A stretch of 64,000 nucleotides of DNA from Octopus sinensis (GCF_006345805.1 NC_042997.1:65596001-65660000); one strand, 5' to 3'. Counted from the stretch's first letter, positions 13,410 through 26,574 are shown. A program made the numbers and translations. The notes: generated by a model from the sequence alone, not told the origin.

Positions 13410-14650
13410 TAGTCATATACCTTGACTTCAGTAAAGCGTTCGACAGGGTAGACCATAACATCCTACTCTCAAAATTGGCAAATGTTGGAATCCGTGGAAA
13501 AGTTCTACACTGGATTCAGTATTTCCTAGCGAATAGAACACAACATATTGTAGTTGATGGAGTCCACTCAAACCCAGCAAAAGTCACCAGCGGTGTTCCC
13601 CAGGGAACTGTTTTGGGTCCGCTACTCTTCATAATTTATGTAAACGACCTTTCCAGTGTCGTACATCACTGCAAAGTGAAAATATTCGCTGATGACACTA
13701 AGCTCGAGCAAATCGTCAATGAAGAAGCAGACCGAACTCAACTCCAGTCTGACCTATATGCTGTGAGTCAATGGGCAGACAGAAACAAAATGCAACTGAA
13801 TGAGGGAAAATTTGAGCTGATGCATTTTGGAAGAAATTCCTCACTAAAACAACCATACTCTCTTCCTTCAGGGGAACCGCTCACAGCCTCTAACAATATT
13901 AGAGACCTGGGTGTAATTGTTGATGACGATCTCAGTTGGAGTGCACACATCAACAAGAAGGTCGATACAGCTCGTAGGATGAGTTCCTGGATCTTAAGAA
14001 CTTTCCGGTCCAGAGAACAAGGTGTCATCATACCACTTTTTTCATCCTTTGTACGGCCACACCTTGAATACTGCTGCCCACTGTGGTCTCCTCACACAAG
14101 ACAAAACATCTCCAGAATTGAGTCACCCCAGAGGGCTCTCACTAAACAAATTGAAGGCATGGCTGCTCTCGACTATTGGGATCGCCTTAAAGCCTTGAAA
14201 CTTTACTCCCTCCAGCGTCGCCGTGAGCGGTACATCATTTGTACGATGTGGAAAATATACCGCCAACTTTGCCCAAACGACCTAAACATTAGCTTCAAGG
14301 TTCATCCGAGACTTGGACCACGGGCTATACGTCCCCTGCCAAATTCAAGATCACAACATACATGTACACTGCAACATAATTTCTTTTCCTCAACAGGCCC
14401 TGCCCTATTTAACATTGTCCCGAGGGAGATCAAAGAGGAAAAGGATCCCATCAACTTCAAACAGAGTCTGGGTAGATTCCTTCAAAGAATACCAGATAAG
14501 CCACCCATAATTGGATACAACTCACCCAACAAGAACTCACTACTTGAACAAAACTTGACTTAAACAGGATTCGAATAATCCTATCAGGTGGTGCTATTAA
14601 GTTAGACATGGCCTGGACCAATCTCTGGTCGAAACATATATTAAAGTTTT
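13410..14650 (+). mobile_element. CR1-type LINE, 5'-truncated, with open RT C-terminal frame (ORF 13475-14563)
   Basis: [64 protein letters not shown]. 3' UTR is shared with the copies at 60-62.6 kb. Confidence 0.95.
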
Positions 14651-14937
14651 ATCTAAGTTTTATGCCATCGGAGGAAACTTTATTCCATTGTAGATTTCGT
14701 TGAGTTTGGTAGAGAGTCAGCAGGTAAGCAGAATCGAAGTATCTTTGCTTCGAACAGGAACACTAATTTTAGGATAAGAATTTTGTTATGTGATGCATGT
14801 GAGATCGCCGAAAAAGATTATCAAAGATTACAAGGACAAATATTTATAGCAACTTAGACAGGTTTAAGTCTGGGTTATCTAAAACTAACATGGGTGATAT
14901 ATGATGATAGATGATAGTATCTTGAGATCTGTTTGCA

Positions 14938-16220
14938 CAAGAGGGTGATGAAAAGTTCCCGCCTTTAAGAGTATCGCGAAATGGTAGAGCCGTTAACTTT
15001 AAAGTTCCTGGTTTTAAGGGTATCGCGAAATGGTAGAGCTGTTACGTTTACAGTGGTGGTACGACAACTATTTAGAAGATATGCAAAAAGTCATGATATA
15101 TACAATATATCTTTCTATCTTTTTTGCCGGTTTAATGCATAAGGGCAGCTGCTACAGTGGAATTTGTTAAAATGAAAGCACGGTAGGTCATGAAGTTCGT
15201 CTTTTTGCAAGGCAAAGGAGCGACAGAAATTCATGGCGAGATGGCTGAAGCCTTGAAGGATGGCAGCCCATCAAACTCCACAGTGAAAATCTGGATGTCA
15301 AAGATTTGGACAAGTCATTTCGAAGCTACATATGATACTCGCTCAGGATGGCCAACATCCGCGACCACAGAGGACAAAACTAACGCTGTGCACGTCATGA
15401 TTCTTGAAGACAGCTGGATTTCAGCTAAAGTCGAAGCTGATACTTTGGGGATTTCATGCAAAAGAGTTGGCCACATCCTCCCCAACATTCTGGACATGAG
15501 AAAGCTTTCCGCAAAGTGAGTGCCGAAATGCCTGAACACAGATACCTGAACCAGAGTGATAATATCAAAGGCGATTTTAAGCCGTCTTGCAGCGGAGGAG
15601 TTTGATTAATTTTATGGCTCACTTAATCACCATGGATGAAATCTGGCTTCATCGTTATAGTCCCCATACCAAGCAGGAATCGTCGCGTCCCAAATTTTTC
15701 GAACCCAGAAGTCAACTGACAAGATTCTGGCCTCAGTATTCTGCGACAAAGATAGATTACTCCTCATAGAATGCCTGCCAAAATGTCGCACCATCAATGC
15801 AAAATATAACATGTATCTGCTGGACGAACTTCGTGAAACTTTTAAACAGAGAAACTATGTGGAAAGCTGAGCTGTGGTGTCCTGTTTTTGTAGGACAATG
15901 CATCAGCAAACACAGAATATGAAACTCTACGGAAATACGCGACTCTGGCTTTAAATCGGTAAACAACCCACCTTATGCTTCTGACTTGGGCCCCTCCGAC
16001 TATCATCTCTTTCTACAACTGAAGAAACTTCTCCAGAGAACAAGATTTCAGTCCGATTTGGAACTGATCTCTGCTACAGATGCCTGTTTGAAGGCCCGAC
16101 CTTCCAAGTTCTTAGAAAAAAATTGAAGGACCGTTGCAAAACGTGTGTGAATCTGAGAGTGGAATATGTTGAATAAACTCATTATTAACTAATTTTCAGG
16201 AACATTCGACACCACTCGTA
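14938..16220 (+). mobile_element. Full-length decayed mariner (DD34D-type) transposon, ~1.28 kb
   Basis: Degenerate TIRs (gagggtgatgaaaagttcc / ggaacattcgacaccactcgta). Pseudo-ORF EIHGEM...RSGWP...RKLSAK*VPKCL, ITMDEIWLH, YASDLGPSDYHLF, with stops and frameshifts. Confidence 0.9.
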
Positions 16221-18524
16221 TACGCGTGCTGTCGAAATAGGAATGTTCGTTACATTTCACAAGATACTGTCCATGGAGCTAGTGCAGACTACAAGATTGA
16301 TGTGAGATGACTAGTTTTCATGTAAGTGATATAGGTGTTTGGAATGTTATGCAGACATGTAGAGGTATCATGTGCATAAGTGTGAGCGATGTCAGAGAAA
16401 GCAACACGTATACCGTTAATGTACAGAAGAAAGTGTTCCGAATAAAGCAGGGTTTTTATTCTTTTATTTCTCTGATTGCTTCAGTTTTCAGACTGCGGTC
16501 ATGCCGGGGCACCACCATAGATGTTGAGAACGTTTTCGTAGAATGTTCTGATTAGCGCATAATGCGATGGATCAAACTCTAAAGGAACTTCTAATTCAAG
16601 AAACAGGAAAAGTTAGGAACCCATAGACGATTTATCCAAAGAGACTTTGCCAATATTAAAAGTAACCTTACAGTATTGCTATTACTGAACTACTCTAGGG
16701 TTTTAGATCATTGTACAAGTGGCAGTGAAGTCCGATTAGAGCCCAAGACAGCATCCTGGTGGTAACTGGTGGTGGAGACATTATCTGAGATTTGACCTAG
16801 TTGGTTTGAAGACACCAGTGGTGTTTATGCATTTAACGCGTATTTTGAGTGACTGAAGGGGATTCTTATAGAATTTGTCACGTGCGTGTATTGTGGAGTC
16901 GAAAGTAAGGTGGGTTACAAACATGAAAGATTTCATTGCAAGAATACTGATTGACAGATATATCAAGGTTGAAAAGTGGCGGGTAGCAGTATTCCCTCAT
17001 ACTCTGAATAGATTATTTTGCCAACAATTCAGAAGTAAAGACTGACGTGTTAGAGGTAGAAGAGCTTGCATACTATCCAATTTTGAAATAATACTTTATT
17101 CTTAGGGTGGAATTCTTGCAAATATTGCACGTGGATAATAGCGACTCAGTTAGCAAAGATATGAGATATTATGCATGTGATATATGCCAAATTCTTTGGT
17201 TGTACTGCTTTGGCATACTTTGAATTAAAGACTATTAATGCGTGGAGGTTATGAGAATTAGAAGAGGGGTTAATTGAATTCAGTTGTTGTCTGGTACTTT
17301 ATATCATCAACCAAGTGATTGGCAAATTTATTCTCCATAAAAGTAAAATAATGTGCCAAGGAAATATTGGGTTAGATTTATTTATTTATATGATTGCATC
17401 AAAATTTGTAATCACGTTGTGATTGATACTAAATTTATCATCTGTAGGAGATGATAATGGCTGATTAAGTGGAAAGGAAATCGAGAAAATTAAGAGAAAT
17501 AACTGCAGAACAATATTTAATTCTACACTATTTCAACGATCTACGATATTCTAAAGTGCCATATAATTTAATCCCACCTAAGATACAAAAACGGCATATA
17601 ATTTAACTATCAAATAATTTTGTATGTGAAAGCATAATTTGCATTTGTCAAAAGCCGGTAAATATGTTCTTGGTATTAAATATACTTTAGTATATAGAAA
17701 CGTTTGATATGTTACATCGCTCTTCGTATTTATTCTGTCAAAAATTTGTGAGATTTTTACATATTTATAATGATCAGGGAATGTGGTAAGGGTTTCTTTT
17801 ACCGAGGTATCATTGAAGTACTGACAAACTAGAGCACATATGTGATTATAAGGATAGACTGGAGATGTTTCCAATTTATTTCTCGAGGCCCAAGAGCCAG
17901 TTAAGCTCAGCACCACAAGCTAACAAATCACTTGACAATTTTACAGTGTACTCACTTGATAAAATAGCATATGCTGTCGGCCCATTCTGTTGTTTTTCCC
18001 CCATATGGATGGACTGGACTCTTGTAAATATAAGCGAATATATAAAATCAACGATATTTGGCTACTCTTATCAGTCGATCATACACGTTTTTAAGAGTAT
18101 AATTTATATTCTTAGATCTAAGGTATGAGCGAAAAATGAAATAGTAACTCTACTTTTGCCTCGTGGAGAACATACTAAGCGCGAAAACGGTAATGAAGCT
18201 GGCAAACTTTTACCTGCCGAAATTCTTGGATTTATTATCTCAATATTATCACTTATGCAGCAAATATAAATAGATTATATGTGTATCCTTATATATATCA
18301 AATATTATGTCTGAAAGAGAAGTTTTAAATCATAATTTCTTCGAATAACATTCACAACTCTAAAAATGACCTTGTTGCTTTAACTTTATAAAATATACTT
18401 ATATTTTATAATAATGAAAGCTACAAACATTGTGAAAGGAACATATTATTCAAGGTGACCCAGTATCTGATCCGCTGTGCTAACAATTATAGAATATTTA
18501 CATATTTATATATTTACATATTTA

Positions 18525-18690
18525 CATATGTATGGTAAGAAGCTTGCTTCTCAACCACATGTTTCTGGATTCCATCCCACTGCGTAGAATCTTGGGCAAG
18601 TGTCTTCTACTATGGCATCGGGCTGACCAAAGCATTGTGGGTGGATATGTTAGACGAAAAGCTGAAAGAAGTCCATCGTGTATATATATA

Positions 18691-18733
<43 letters not shown>

Positions 18734-18886
18734 TGTATTATATTATATTATATTATATTATATTAAGGACTTTACTACACGTAAATGACCTTAATATAAT
18801 AAATGTATTTGAAGAGAATAATTATAAATTTTTCTCTTATATGGTTTTCATGCTGACTAATTGATACATTTTTATAGAGATTTTAT

Positions 18887-18920
<34 letters not shown>

Positions 18921-19395
18921 GTTGGTGCATAATTATTGCGGCTTTTTTTCAACAAATTTTATTCAACAAAAACAATAATAACATGTAACAAAAACATTTT
19001 TAAATGATTACTCCGGAGCATATTCACCATCTACTTCCATTACTGCTTCCAATATGCTTGGCAGACGGTCAGACCGTCAGTTAAAGATGTTTTTGTTAAC
19101 TATTGTTATTGCTTTTTTGAAAAAAACGCCTGAATAATTATGCACCAATCAAATATATATTTATGTGAGTACGTCTTTGTGTCTGTGTTTGTTACCTACC
19201 ATCGCTTGACAACCGATGTTGCTGTGTTTATGTCCCCGTAACTTACGGGTTCGGCAAAAGAGACTGCTATACAACCGAGGCTTACAAAGAATAAGTCCTG
19301 GAGTCGATTTCTTCGACTAAAAAGCCCTTTTTTAGCGGTGCTCCAGCATGAACGTGGTCAAATGACCGAAACTAGTAAAAGAATAAAAGAATAAC
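18525..19395 (+). mobile_element. tRNA-derived SINE, family B (ttgggcaagtgtcttcta core, internal TA/TG microsatellite), split by insertions
   Basis: Head at 18525-18680 and tail at 19165-19395 (catcgcttgacaaccgatg...gcggtgctccagcatg) join contiguously in the copy at 42698-42968. Confidence 0.75.
18915..19155. mobile_element. Mariner-derived MITE (Hsmar1-like TIR) inserted in (TA)n
   Basis: TIRs tattgggttggtgcataattatt / aataattatgcaccaatcaaata. Minus strand keeps a transposase C-terminal remnant, RLPSILEAVMEVDGEY. Confidence 0.85.
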
Positions 19396-21814
19396 AGAAA
19401 TTCCCCAGTGAAAATTATAAACATGAAACAACTGTGATTGTTGAAATTTTCTGCTTATGAATTCAATAATTAGATTTATTTTGCTACAGAATAGTTGACA
19501 TACGTCAAAAACAATTATTTCTGATAATCTTGATATTCATAAGCTCGTTGTGAACGAAATGCTTTATGAGATAATCTCGAAATGTCCTTATTTTAAAAGT
19601 ATTATTCATGATAGCGTATCTATATACTTACAAGTAAATGTTAACATTTATTTCCTTTATACGTCAAAGCGTTCATATTTGTGAAATATTTCATACACAT
19701 TTTTGCATATCACTAAGGATACAATTTAATATAAAAACTAAATTTACATTATACTTACGAGATCATCCTTCATAAGTCTGATATATTGGATTTCCAAATC
19801 ACTATAATACCATATATGTACATGTAAATATACACTTACACACACCATACACATATACATTCACTCACCTATACCCATACATGTGCACATACACATATGT
19901 ATATACTATTGTAATTCGGAGAGAATTAAGATTAAAGAAGAAAAAAGTTTATTACTTTACTTAAAGGATAAGAGGACGAAATATATCTCTCTTCGAACAG
20001 CAATGTGGGTATATCTTATTTCTCTAAAGTGAGCATTTTAAGTCTATGACTTTGTTATTGGTTACGTTTCTAATATTAAAGTCTTCAAAAATATATATTT
20101 GCAGTCAAGCCGTGACAAAGTACGATTTTATTTATAACCGTTACGGCGTTAATCTTAATTATAAACGTTTCTTCACCGGAAAAATATTTTACATTCGTGA
20201 AGTACTAACTAGTTAGAACCCCATCGGTGAAGTGCTATCTACGTTAGAACCGCAACAACACATTTATGGCAAGGAAAACAAAAATAAGGGAATAATGCTT
20301 CGTACTTCACAGTTGATTTAGTTTAGTCGTATGATCATCCTATCTTCCTTCAGAGAAAGGAATGTAGGATGACAATTATATTTTTAAGATTACATTTCAC
20401 TGGTAATGTAAATGCAAACTCGATTATGCTATTAAAGTGACTTAATGAAATGCTCACCGTGAGTTCTTCCATCGAAAATCTTATCAATTATCTAAGTAGG
20501 ACGATTTCTTGACCGTTTTTTAAGTACAATGATCTTCGAAAAGGCACCCATCTGTGTCTTGAAAACGAGTGGAATCGACTATAAGATAAAGTATATTTCC
20601 AACTGTAAGCGTTCTGAGAAAAATTATTTTGTCACTAAAGCTAGGTACTTTACAGAGAAAATCTATCAAAATTAAATTGGAAACATTTCATAACTAGCTA
20701 TAGATACATAAATTATTCAATGGACATAGAATTAAATAAATTTTGAATGCACTCTTAATATGAAGTATATTGTAGCCATATGATTCCGATATCACTGAGA
20801 CCGATTCTTTAAGTGGAGACAGCAGAAATGATTGCAGAGTGAATACTGTAACTAAGAGGCCAGCATATTCAAAGGACAAGTTAACAAATGTGAATCAGTG
20901 CAACACCTAAAACTACTTTATTGACTTAACCGAGAGGAAATTCAAAAATCGAATCATATCCCGATATTCCGAAACATTGAAAGGAAGAATGCAATAACGC
21001 ATTCTAATAATGTCTATTGAAAGAAAATATATTTATTTATAAGACCATTTGGAAAATCATTGAGAACTCCTGGCTTCATTAAAATGACTGTAGTATATGT
21101 GACCTCTGCTCAGTCGTAAAAATTTAGGCCTGCAGATGAATTCCGAAGCTGGGCATAACCGACTTGAATTTGTAATTATGCGAGTGAGTAGTAATGTGTG
21201 CTGTATATATGATCTCTCTCACTCTCACTCTCTCTCTCTCACTCTCTCTCTCTCTCTCTCTCTCCCTCTCTCTCACGTTATATATCTCTGTCTCACTTCC
21301 ACTGTTTCTCTCTTATTTTATTTTTCTGAATCTAACTCTGGAGATCAAAAGAATAGCGCTATTGCATCTGCACTTAATTTCTAGTGTTTAAGTCTATTAC
21401 TTGAAGAATTTTAGTTTATAATATTGTGTTTCAAATAAAGATGAATGTTTTTCCATAAAATTACTAATTAATTTGCTAATCCAAATGAAGAAATTGACCA
21501 AAATCTAATACTCATTAGATATTTGAATCTTGGAGAAATATATTGATTATTGATAGATATAACGTACAGCATCAAAGAGATTCATTTTCACAAAAGGAAA
21601 TGATACGTGAGAATGTACTAATTAAATAAATTAAGAGTTTTATATAATTTTCTTCTTGCATTTTTGTTCAATATAAGATAATAAATATGAAGGAAATTAC
21701 TTTGTTAATTAGAAATTTTGCCATATAAGCAGAGATCTTTAAAGAGATATTTCAAACACTATGCGAGCAACAAGGGTTTCTAGCAACATATGATTGTCTC
21801 ACTGCATATGAGGT

Positions 21815-22035
21815 GTATGTTTTCTTTTATCTTTTAATTGCTTCAGTCAATTGACGACAGCCATGCTGTGATACCGCCCAAAAGGGTTTTAATCCCAAAT
21901 CTCCAGGGTTTCTTTTCTTTTTAGCCTGGTATTATTCTATCGGTTTCTTTTGCCTAACCGATATATTACGGAGAGGTAAACACACGAACAACGGTTGTTA
22001 TGCGATATTGGGAGACAAACACAAACACAAGCATA
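21815..22035 (-). mobile_element. SINE family B, diverged 3' part
   Basis: Degenerate match to the 41793-41975 sequence (ttcagtcaattgac...ccatgctg...cggttgttatgcgat). Confidence 0.6.
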
Positions 22036-22039
22036 GATA

Positions 22040-22111
22040 CATACACACACACATACGTATATACTTTTGTTCACACATATACATATATATATATATGTAA
22101 ATGTATATGTG

Positions 22112-22153
<42 letters not shown>

Positions 22154-22188
22154 AATGTATATGTGTATGTATATATATATATATATAT

Positions 22189-22229
<41 letters not shown>

Positions 22230-22245
22230 ATGTATATATATATAC

Positions 22246-22297
<52 letters not shown>

Positions 22298-22361
22298 ATG
22301 TATATATATATACATATATATATATACATATATATATATATGTATATGTATATATATATAC

Positions 22362-22395
<34 letters not shown>

Positions 22396-22396
22396 C

Positions 22397-22428
<32 letters not shown>

Positions 22429-22429
22429 T

Positions 22430-22497
<68 letters not shown>
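22040..22497. repeat. (TA)n/(TATG)n microsatellite
   Basis: Directly visible. Confidence 0.95.
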
Positions 22498-22498
<1 letters not shown>

Positions 22499-23164
22499 AG
22501 GGCTTAGTAAAATAAATTACTTTGCCACATACTGAACTCATTAGAAATAGCAGCTAAAGAATTTCTTCAGCTATTTCTAATACTTAAAGAAGATCTCTCT
22601 CAGATAGTGTTTGCCTAAACCAACTCACAAAGGTATGGGGGAAAAAACATTAAAAAATCAAGTGCAAAGGTTATTTGAGAACGTACGTTTCTAGATTAGT
22701 CAATTCGACATTTCTTTCGTCAGCTCAGAATTCCTTGAATCGTATTTGGGAACACTGAAAGTTGGGAGCATACCCTTTCGGCTTCTCATCACCTCTAGAA
22801 TTCTGCTCGAACTAAAAGTGCTATCAAATCCGAATATGCAAGCGAAGAATTTCTGCTCTCCCCTTTCCACCAGCGTGGGTTAAAATTGACAAACACCATG
22901 TATTAACGGTGAAAACCGCAGCATTTAACAGAGAGAGATGAATTATAATTTCAACAATTGAGGGTAAAATTAATTAATTATTAATCAATTTCACCAAGTA
23001 TTCAGTATGTAAAGGGACCATTTTAGGCGAATTCAAAATATTACATTATATATAAGGGCTTAGTAAAATAAATTACTTTGCCACATACTGAACTCATTAG
23101 AAATAGCAGCTAAAGAAATTTCTTCAGCTATTTCTAATACTTAAAGAAGATCTCTCTAAGCCCT

Positions 23165-23172
<8 letters not shown>
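22492..23172 (-). mobile_element. Hammerhead-bearing ~556-bp repeat (1.2 tandem units with short inverted terminus); Penelope pLTR-like or retrozyme-like
   Basis: aagggcttagtaaaataaattac recurs at 22498 and 23054 (period 556). Ends in ctaagcccttatata, the reverse complement of its start. Same unit at 43475-45647. No ORF. Confidence 0.75.
22676..22727 (-). ncRNA. Minimal type I hammerhead ribozyme motif
   Basis: UGAG-CUGACGA-[AAGAAAUGUCGAAUUGACUAAUCUA]-GAAA-CGUACG-UU-CUCA: conserved core, 4-bp stem I, palindromic stem III (ACGUACGU), GUU cleavage triplet. Confidence 0.7.
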
Positions 23173-23233
<61 letters not shown>

Positions 23234-23235
23234 AC

Positions 23236-23277
<42 letters not shown>

Positions 23278-23279
23278 AC

Positions 23280-23333
<54 letters not shown>

Positions 23334-23633
23334 GAGCAAAATAATTGGAGATTCAGTATACACGTTGCCACCTATTGCCTCCCTTTGTCCACTTTCTAGA
23401 CTCATTCTTATTTTTCAAGCATCCAAATTGGTGAGACCCCTTTGTTACAAGAATTGATTACTTCACAATATCCCTTGAAAAGCTAATTTAGATAGCGAAA
23501 ACCGGTTGGATATCACGACATCTTTAAAAGGAGTATATATATATATTTGAAAAAATTATTTATAAAAATATATTAAACTATGTGAAACGAAGGCATTTCA
23601 CTTCCACTTTTTATGTTTTCTACATATTTTCAA

Positions 23634-23690
<57 letters not shown>

Positions 23691-23694
<4 letters not shown>

Positions 23695-24436
23695 GAAATA
23701 TTAAAATTACTAAGTCTCTCTAAAGGAGATTACGGCAACGTTACTGGATATTAATAGCTATCGCCATACTAATATGGCAGTCTAAATATAATACTAAAGC
23801 TGTCGCTGATTCGCTGCAAGAGGCCACCGCCTCTAGCTAGCTATATGACGCACGAACCTGCGTCCATTACAACCTTCGAACTGGGGAGGTCAGCCGCTTC
23901 ACCTTGCTAGTCAGACATCTGCAGACATGTTTCAGTGTTGTTGCCCTTTATCAATGCAGCGTAGTCAGAACCAGCAGGTGTCGCTACTGACCGCCGTCTG
24001 TTCGAAGATTTTATTTACCTAGTTACAGTGGAATACATCCACTTGTTTTCAATAATAGAAATATTAAAATTACTAAGTCTCTCTAAAGGAGATTACGGCA
24101 GCGTTACTGGATATTAATAGTTATCGCCATACTAATATGGCAGTCTAAATATAAGACTAAAGCTGTCGCTGATTAGCTCTAAGAGGCCACCGCCTCTAGC
24201 TAACTATATGACACACGAACCTGCGTCCATTACAACCTTCGAACAGGGGAGGTCAGCCGCTTCACCTTGCTAGTCAGACATCTCCAGACATGTTTCAGCG
24301 TTGTTGCCCTTTATCTATTATTGAAAACAAGTGGATGTATTCCACTGAAACTAGGTAAATAAAATCTTCGAACAGACGGCGGTCAGTAGCAACACCTGCT
24401 GGTTCTGCCTAAGCTGCATTGATAAAGGGCAACAAC
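23691..24436 (-). mobile_element. 363-bp tandem repeat (1.7 units) plus 120-bp inverted segment; Penelope pLTR-like
   Basis: aatagaaatattaaaattac at 23691 and 24054. 24316-24436 is the reverse complement of the unit end. Contains a hammerhead-like motif. Confidence 0.7.
23919..23959 (-). ncRNA. Variant or decayed minimal type I hammerhead motif
   Basis: CUGCA-UUGAUAA-AG[GGCAACAACA]CU-GAAA-CAUG-UC-UGCAG: 5-bp stem I, palindromic ACAUGU, GUC site; the core deviates from CUGAUGA at two positions. Confidence 0.55.
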
Positions 24437-24874
24437 CCTGGTGTATATGTTGAATAAAATAATAATTATCTGATCCACCTGTATTTTCTTTCTCCCAAAG
24501 CCAGGGACATTTCCGCACCCTATCGCCCTCGTAGTAGAAGAAAGCTGCCAAAGCTGCCAAGCATTAGGACTGAACTCGGAACTATGTGGTCGAGAAGTAA
24601 GATTTTTATATCACACAGTTACACCTGCGCCTGCTAATTGGCGTTTAAATTTTTCTTCATTTCATCTTTGGGAAATGCTCTTTGGGAAAGCATGAGCATC
24701 ACCATATATTTATTCGCTGGCCTTAAAGTGTACAGTTTTCTTCAAGAGTGAGATAGGGAACGAGTAAATACTCCTTTTTTCAAATGGTTATTACGGGCAT
24801 ATAAACTAATAGTTAAGAGAGCGAGTTACTAATCCCAAGATTCGGAGTTCAATTCCAGGCAGTGCCTTGAATAA

Positions 24875-24923
<49 letters not shown>

Positions 24924-24927
<4 letters not shown>

Positions 24928-25266
24928 CAGCGGATGGCAACGTGTCTCTAAAAGAAATGGAGAAACTTTCAAAATACAAAGACCTGGAAATAGCGGTAAC
25001 CAGAATGTGGAATCTAAAAACAGAAACAATTCCTGTCATAGTAGGCATGATAAAAAAATATTCAGACAAATACATAACAAAAACACCAGGACTTACAAAA
25101 ATATATAACATACATAAAATTGCACTACTAGGCACTGCACACATCCTACGCAAAACACTTTCCATACAATAACCATCAGAGCATCATAACAAATCACAGC
25201 ACATACCCAAGGCACGCAGAGCTGTGCTCGATAGTGAAGTGAAAGCACGATATAAAAAATATACTA

Positions 25267-25268
<2 letters not shown>
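24924..25268 (+). mobile_element. R4/Dong-type retrotransposon 3' fragment between (TAA)n tracts
   Basis: IPADGNVSLKEMEKLSKYKDLEIAVTRMWNLKTETIPVIVG...KIALLGTAHILRKTL* followed by ~95-bp UTR and (TAA)n. Confidence 0.85.
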
Positions 25269-25318
<50 letters not shown>

Positions 25319-25364
25319 GTAATAGTAATAATAATAATAATAATAATAATATAATAATAATAAC

Positions 25365-25392
<28 letters not shown>

Positions 25393-25395
<3 letters not shown>

Positions 25396-25949
25396 GCCCT
25401 GATGCAGTACCAGGCAGTGGCTCTCATGGCTTCTGATCTTAACTGATTGGAAGTGTTGCCATGTTTATTTGTTTTGTCTTGGTATAAAAGATGGGCTACA
25501 GCAAATATTCTGCTCAATACCACAGATTTGCTTGTCAGTTGTTTGACCTTAACCAGTTGAGCATGTCCCTTAGTGGCTGACGATATGTGCATCTCTGATC
25601 ACGAGCAAAAGTAGTGGGGGAGCATCATAGCCATGTGTTGAGAAGGATTCTTTGGGGTTTGAATAATTCACCTCTGGAAACATGGGTGTTTCGTTCAACG
25701 TCCTTAAACAATCCTTATTCAGGGACCTTTTGAGCGGGATGGGTTACTCGATCTGAAGAAAATTCTAACTGGGCTCCACCTGCAAGGTCATGTGCTATTT
25801 ATCTTGATATGAGATCACCATATACGCACATATGGTTGTGATGCATGTGCCTGGTGTACCCTTATCAGATGGGTAGTTATGATGGGTATACTGGGCTTCG
25901 TATAGTTTACCCCAGTGTCACTTTGATGGCATGCTCTGCTGGCTCACTC

Positions 25950-25950
<1 letters not shown>
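25393..25950. other. Non-coding, relatively GC-rich ~560-bp block bounded by (TAA)n on both sides; probable unclassified interspersed repeat
   Basis: Sharp boundaries with microsatellite at both ends and no protein similarity that I recognise. Only one copy in this window. Confidence 0.45.
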
Positions 25951-25985
<35 letters not shown>

Positions 25986-25994
25986 AACAACAAC

Positions 25995-26027
<33 letters not shown>

Positions 26028-26542
26028 AACAACAACAATAATAATAATAATAATAACACTAACAACAACAACAATAATAATAATAATAATATAAATAATG
26101 TGAATAATGGTTACTATTCTGTTCTATTAAGAGAAGAGGATTTGATCTGCTCACTCCAATCTGTTATCTATCTTCGTAGTCCACTGTTCCGGCGAGCTGT
26201 TATTTTCTGATTTGTTCTAGAGAAGAATTTCTGTCTCTCCATCTCTCTCTCTCTCACTCACTCACTCTCTCTATATCTACCTCTCTCTCTCCCTTTATTT
26301 CTCTTTTTCATCTCTCTCCCGTTTCTCTCTCTCTGTCTTTCTCTTCCTCTCTCTACCTCTCTTGCTCGCTCTCACACACGCACGCACAGTCCCATAGATG
26401 CACACACATGCATAAATACTTATATTCATACAGACATGTATAATTACATGCATTCGTACAAACACATACGTACGTACATACATACATGCTTGCATTTATA
26501 CATACATACATACATACATACATACATACATACATACATACA

Positions 26543-26574
<32 letters not shown>

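Noticed and set aside
21937-22515. Long YI/IY, poly-I, poly-L, VC and MYVC ORFs here and throughout the track
   Set aside because: They are translations of (TA)n, (TAA)n, (CA)n and (TACA)n microsatellites with no coding signal.
22541-22580. Second CUGAAGA inside a 40-bp hairpin of the 556-bp unit
   Set aside because: No correctly placed GAAA, stem III or cleavage triplet; it is a simple inverted repeat.
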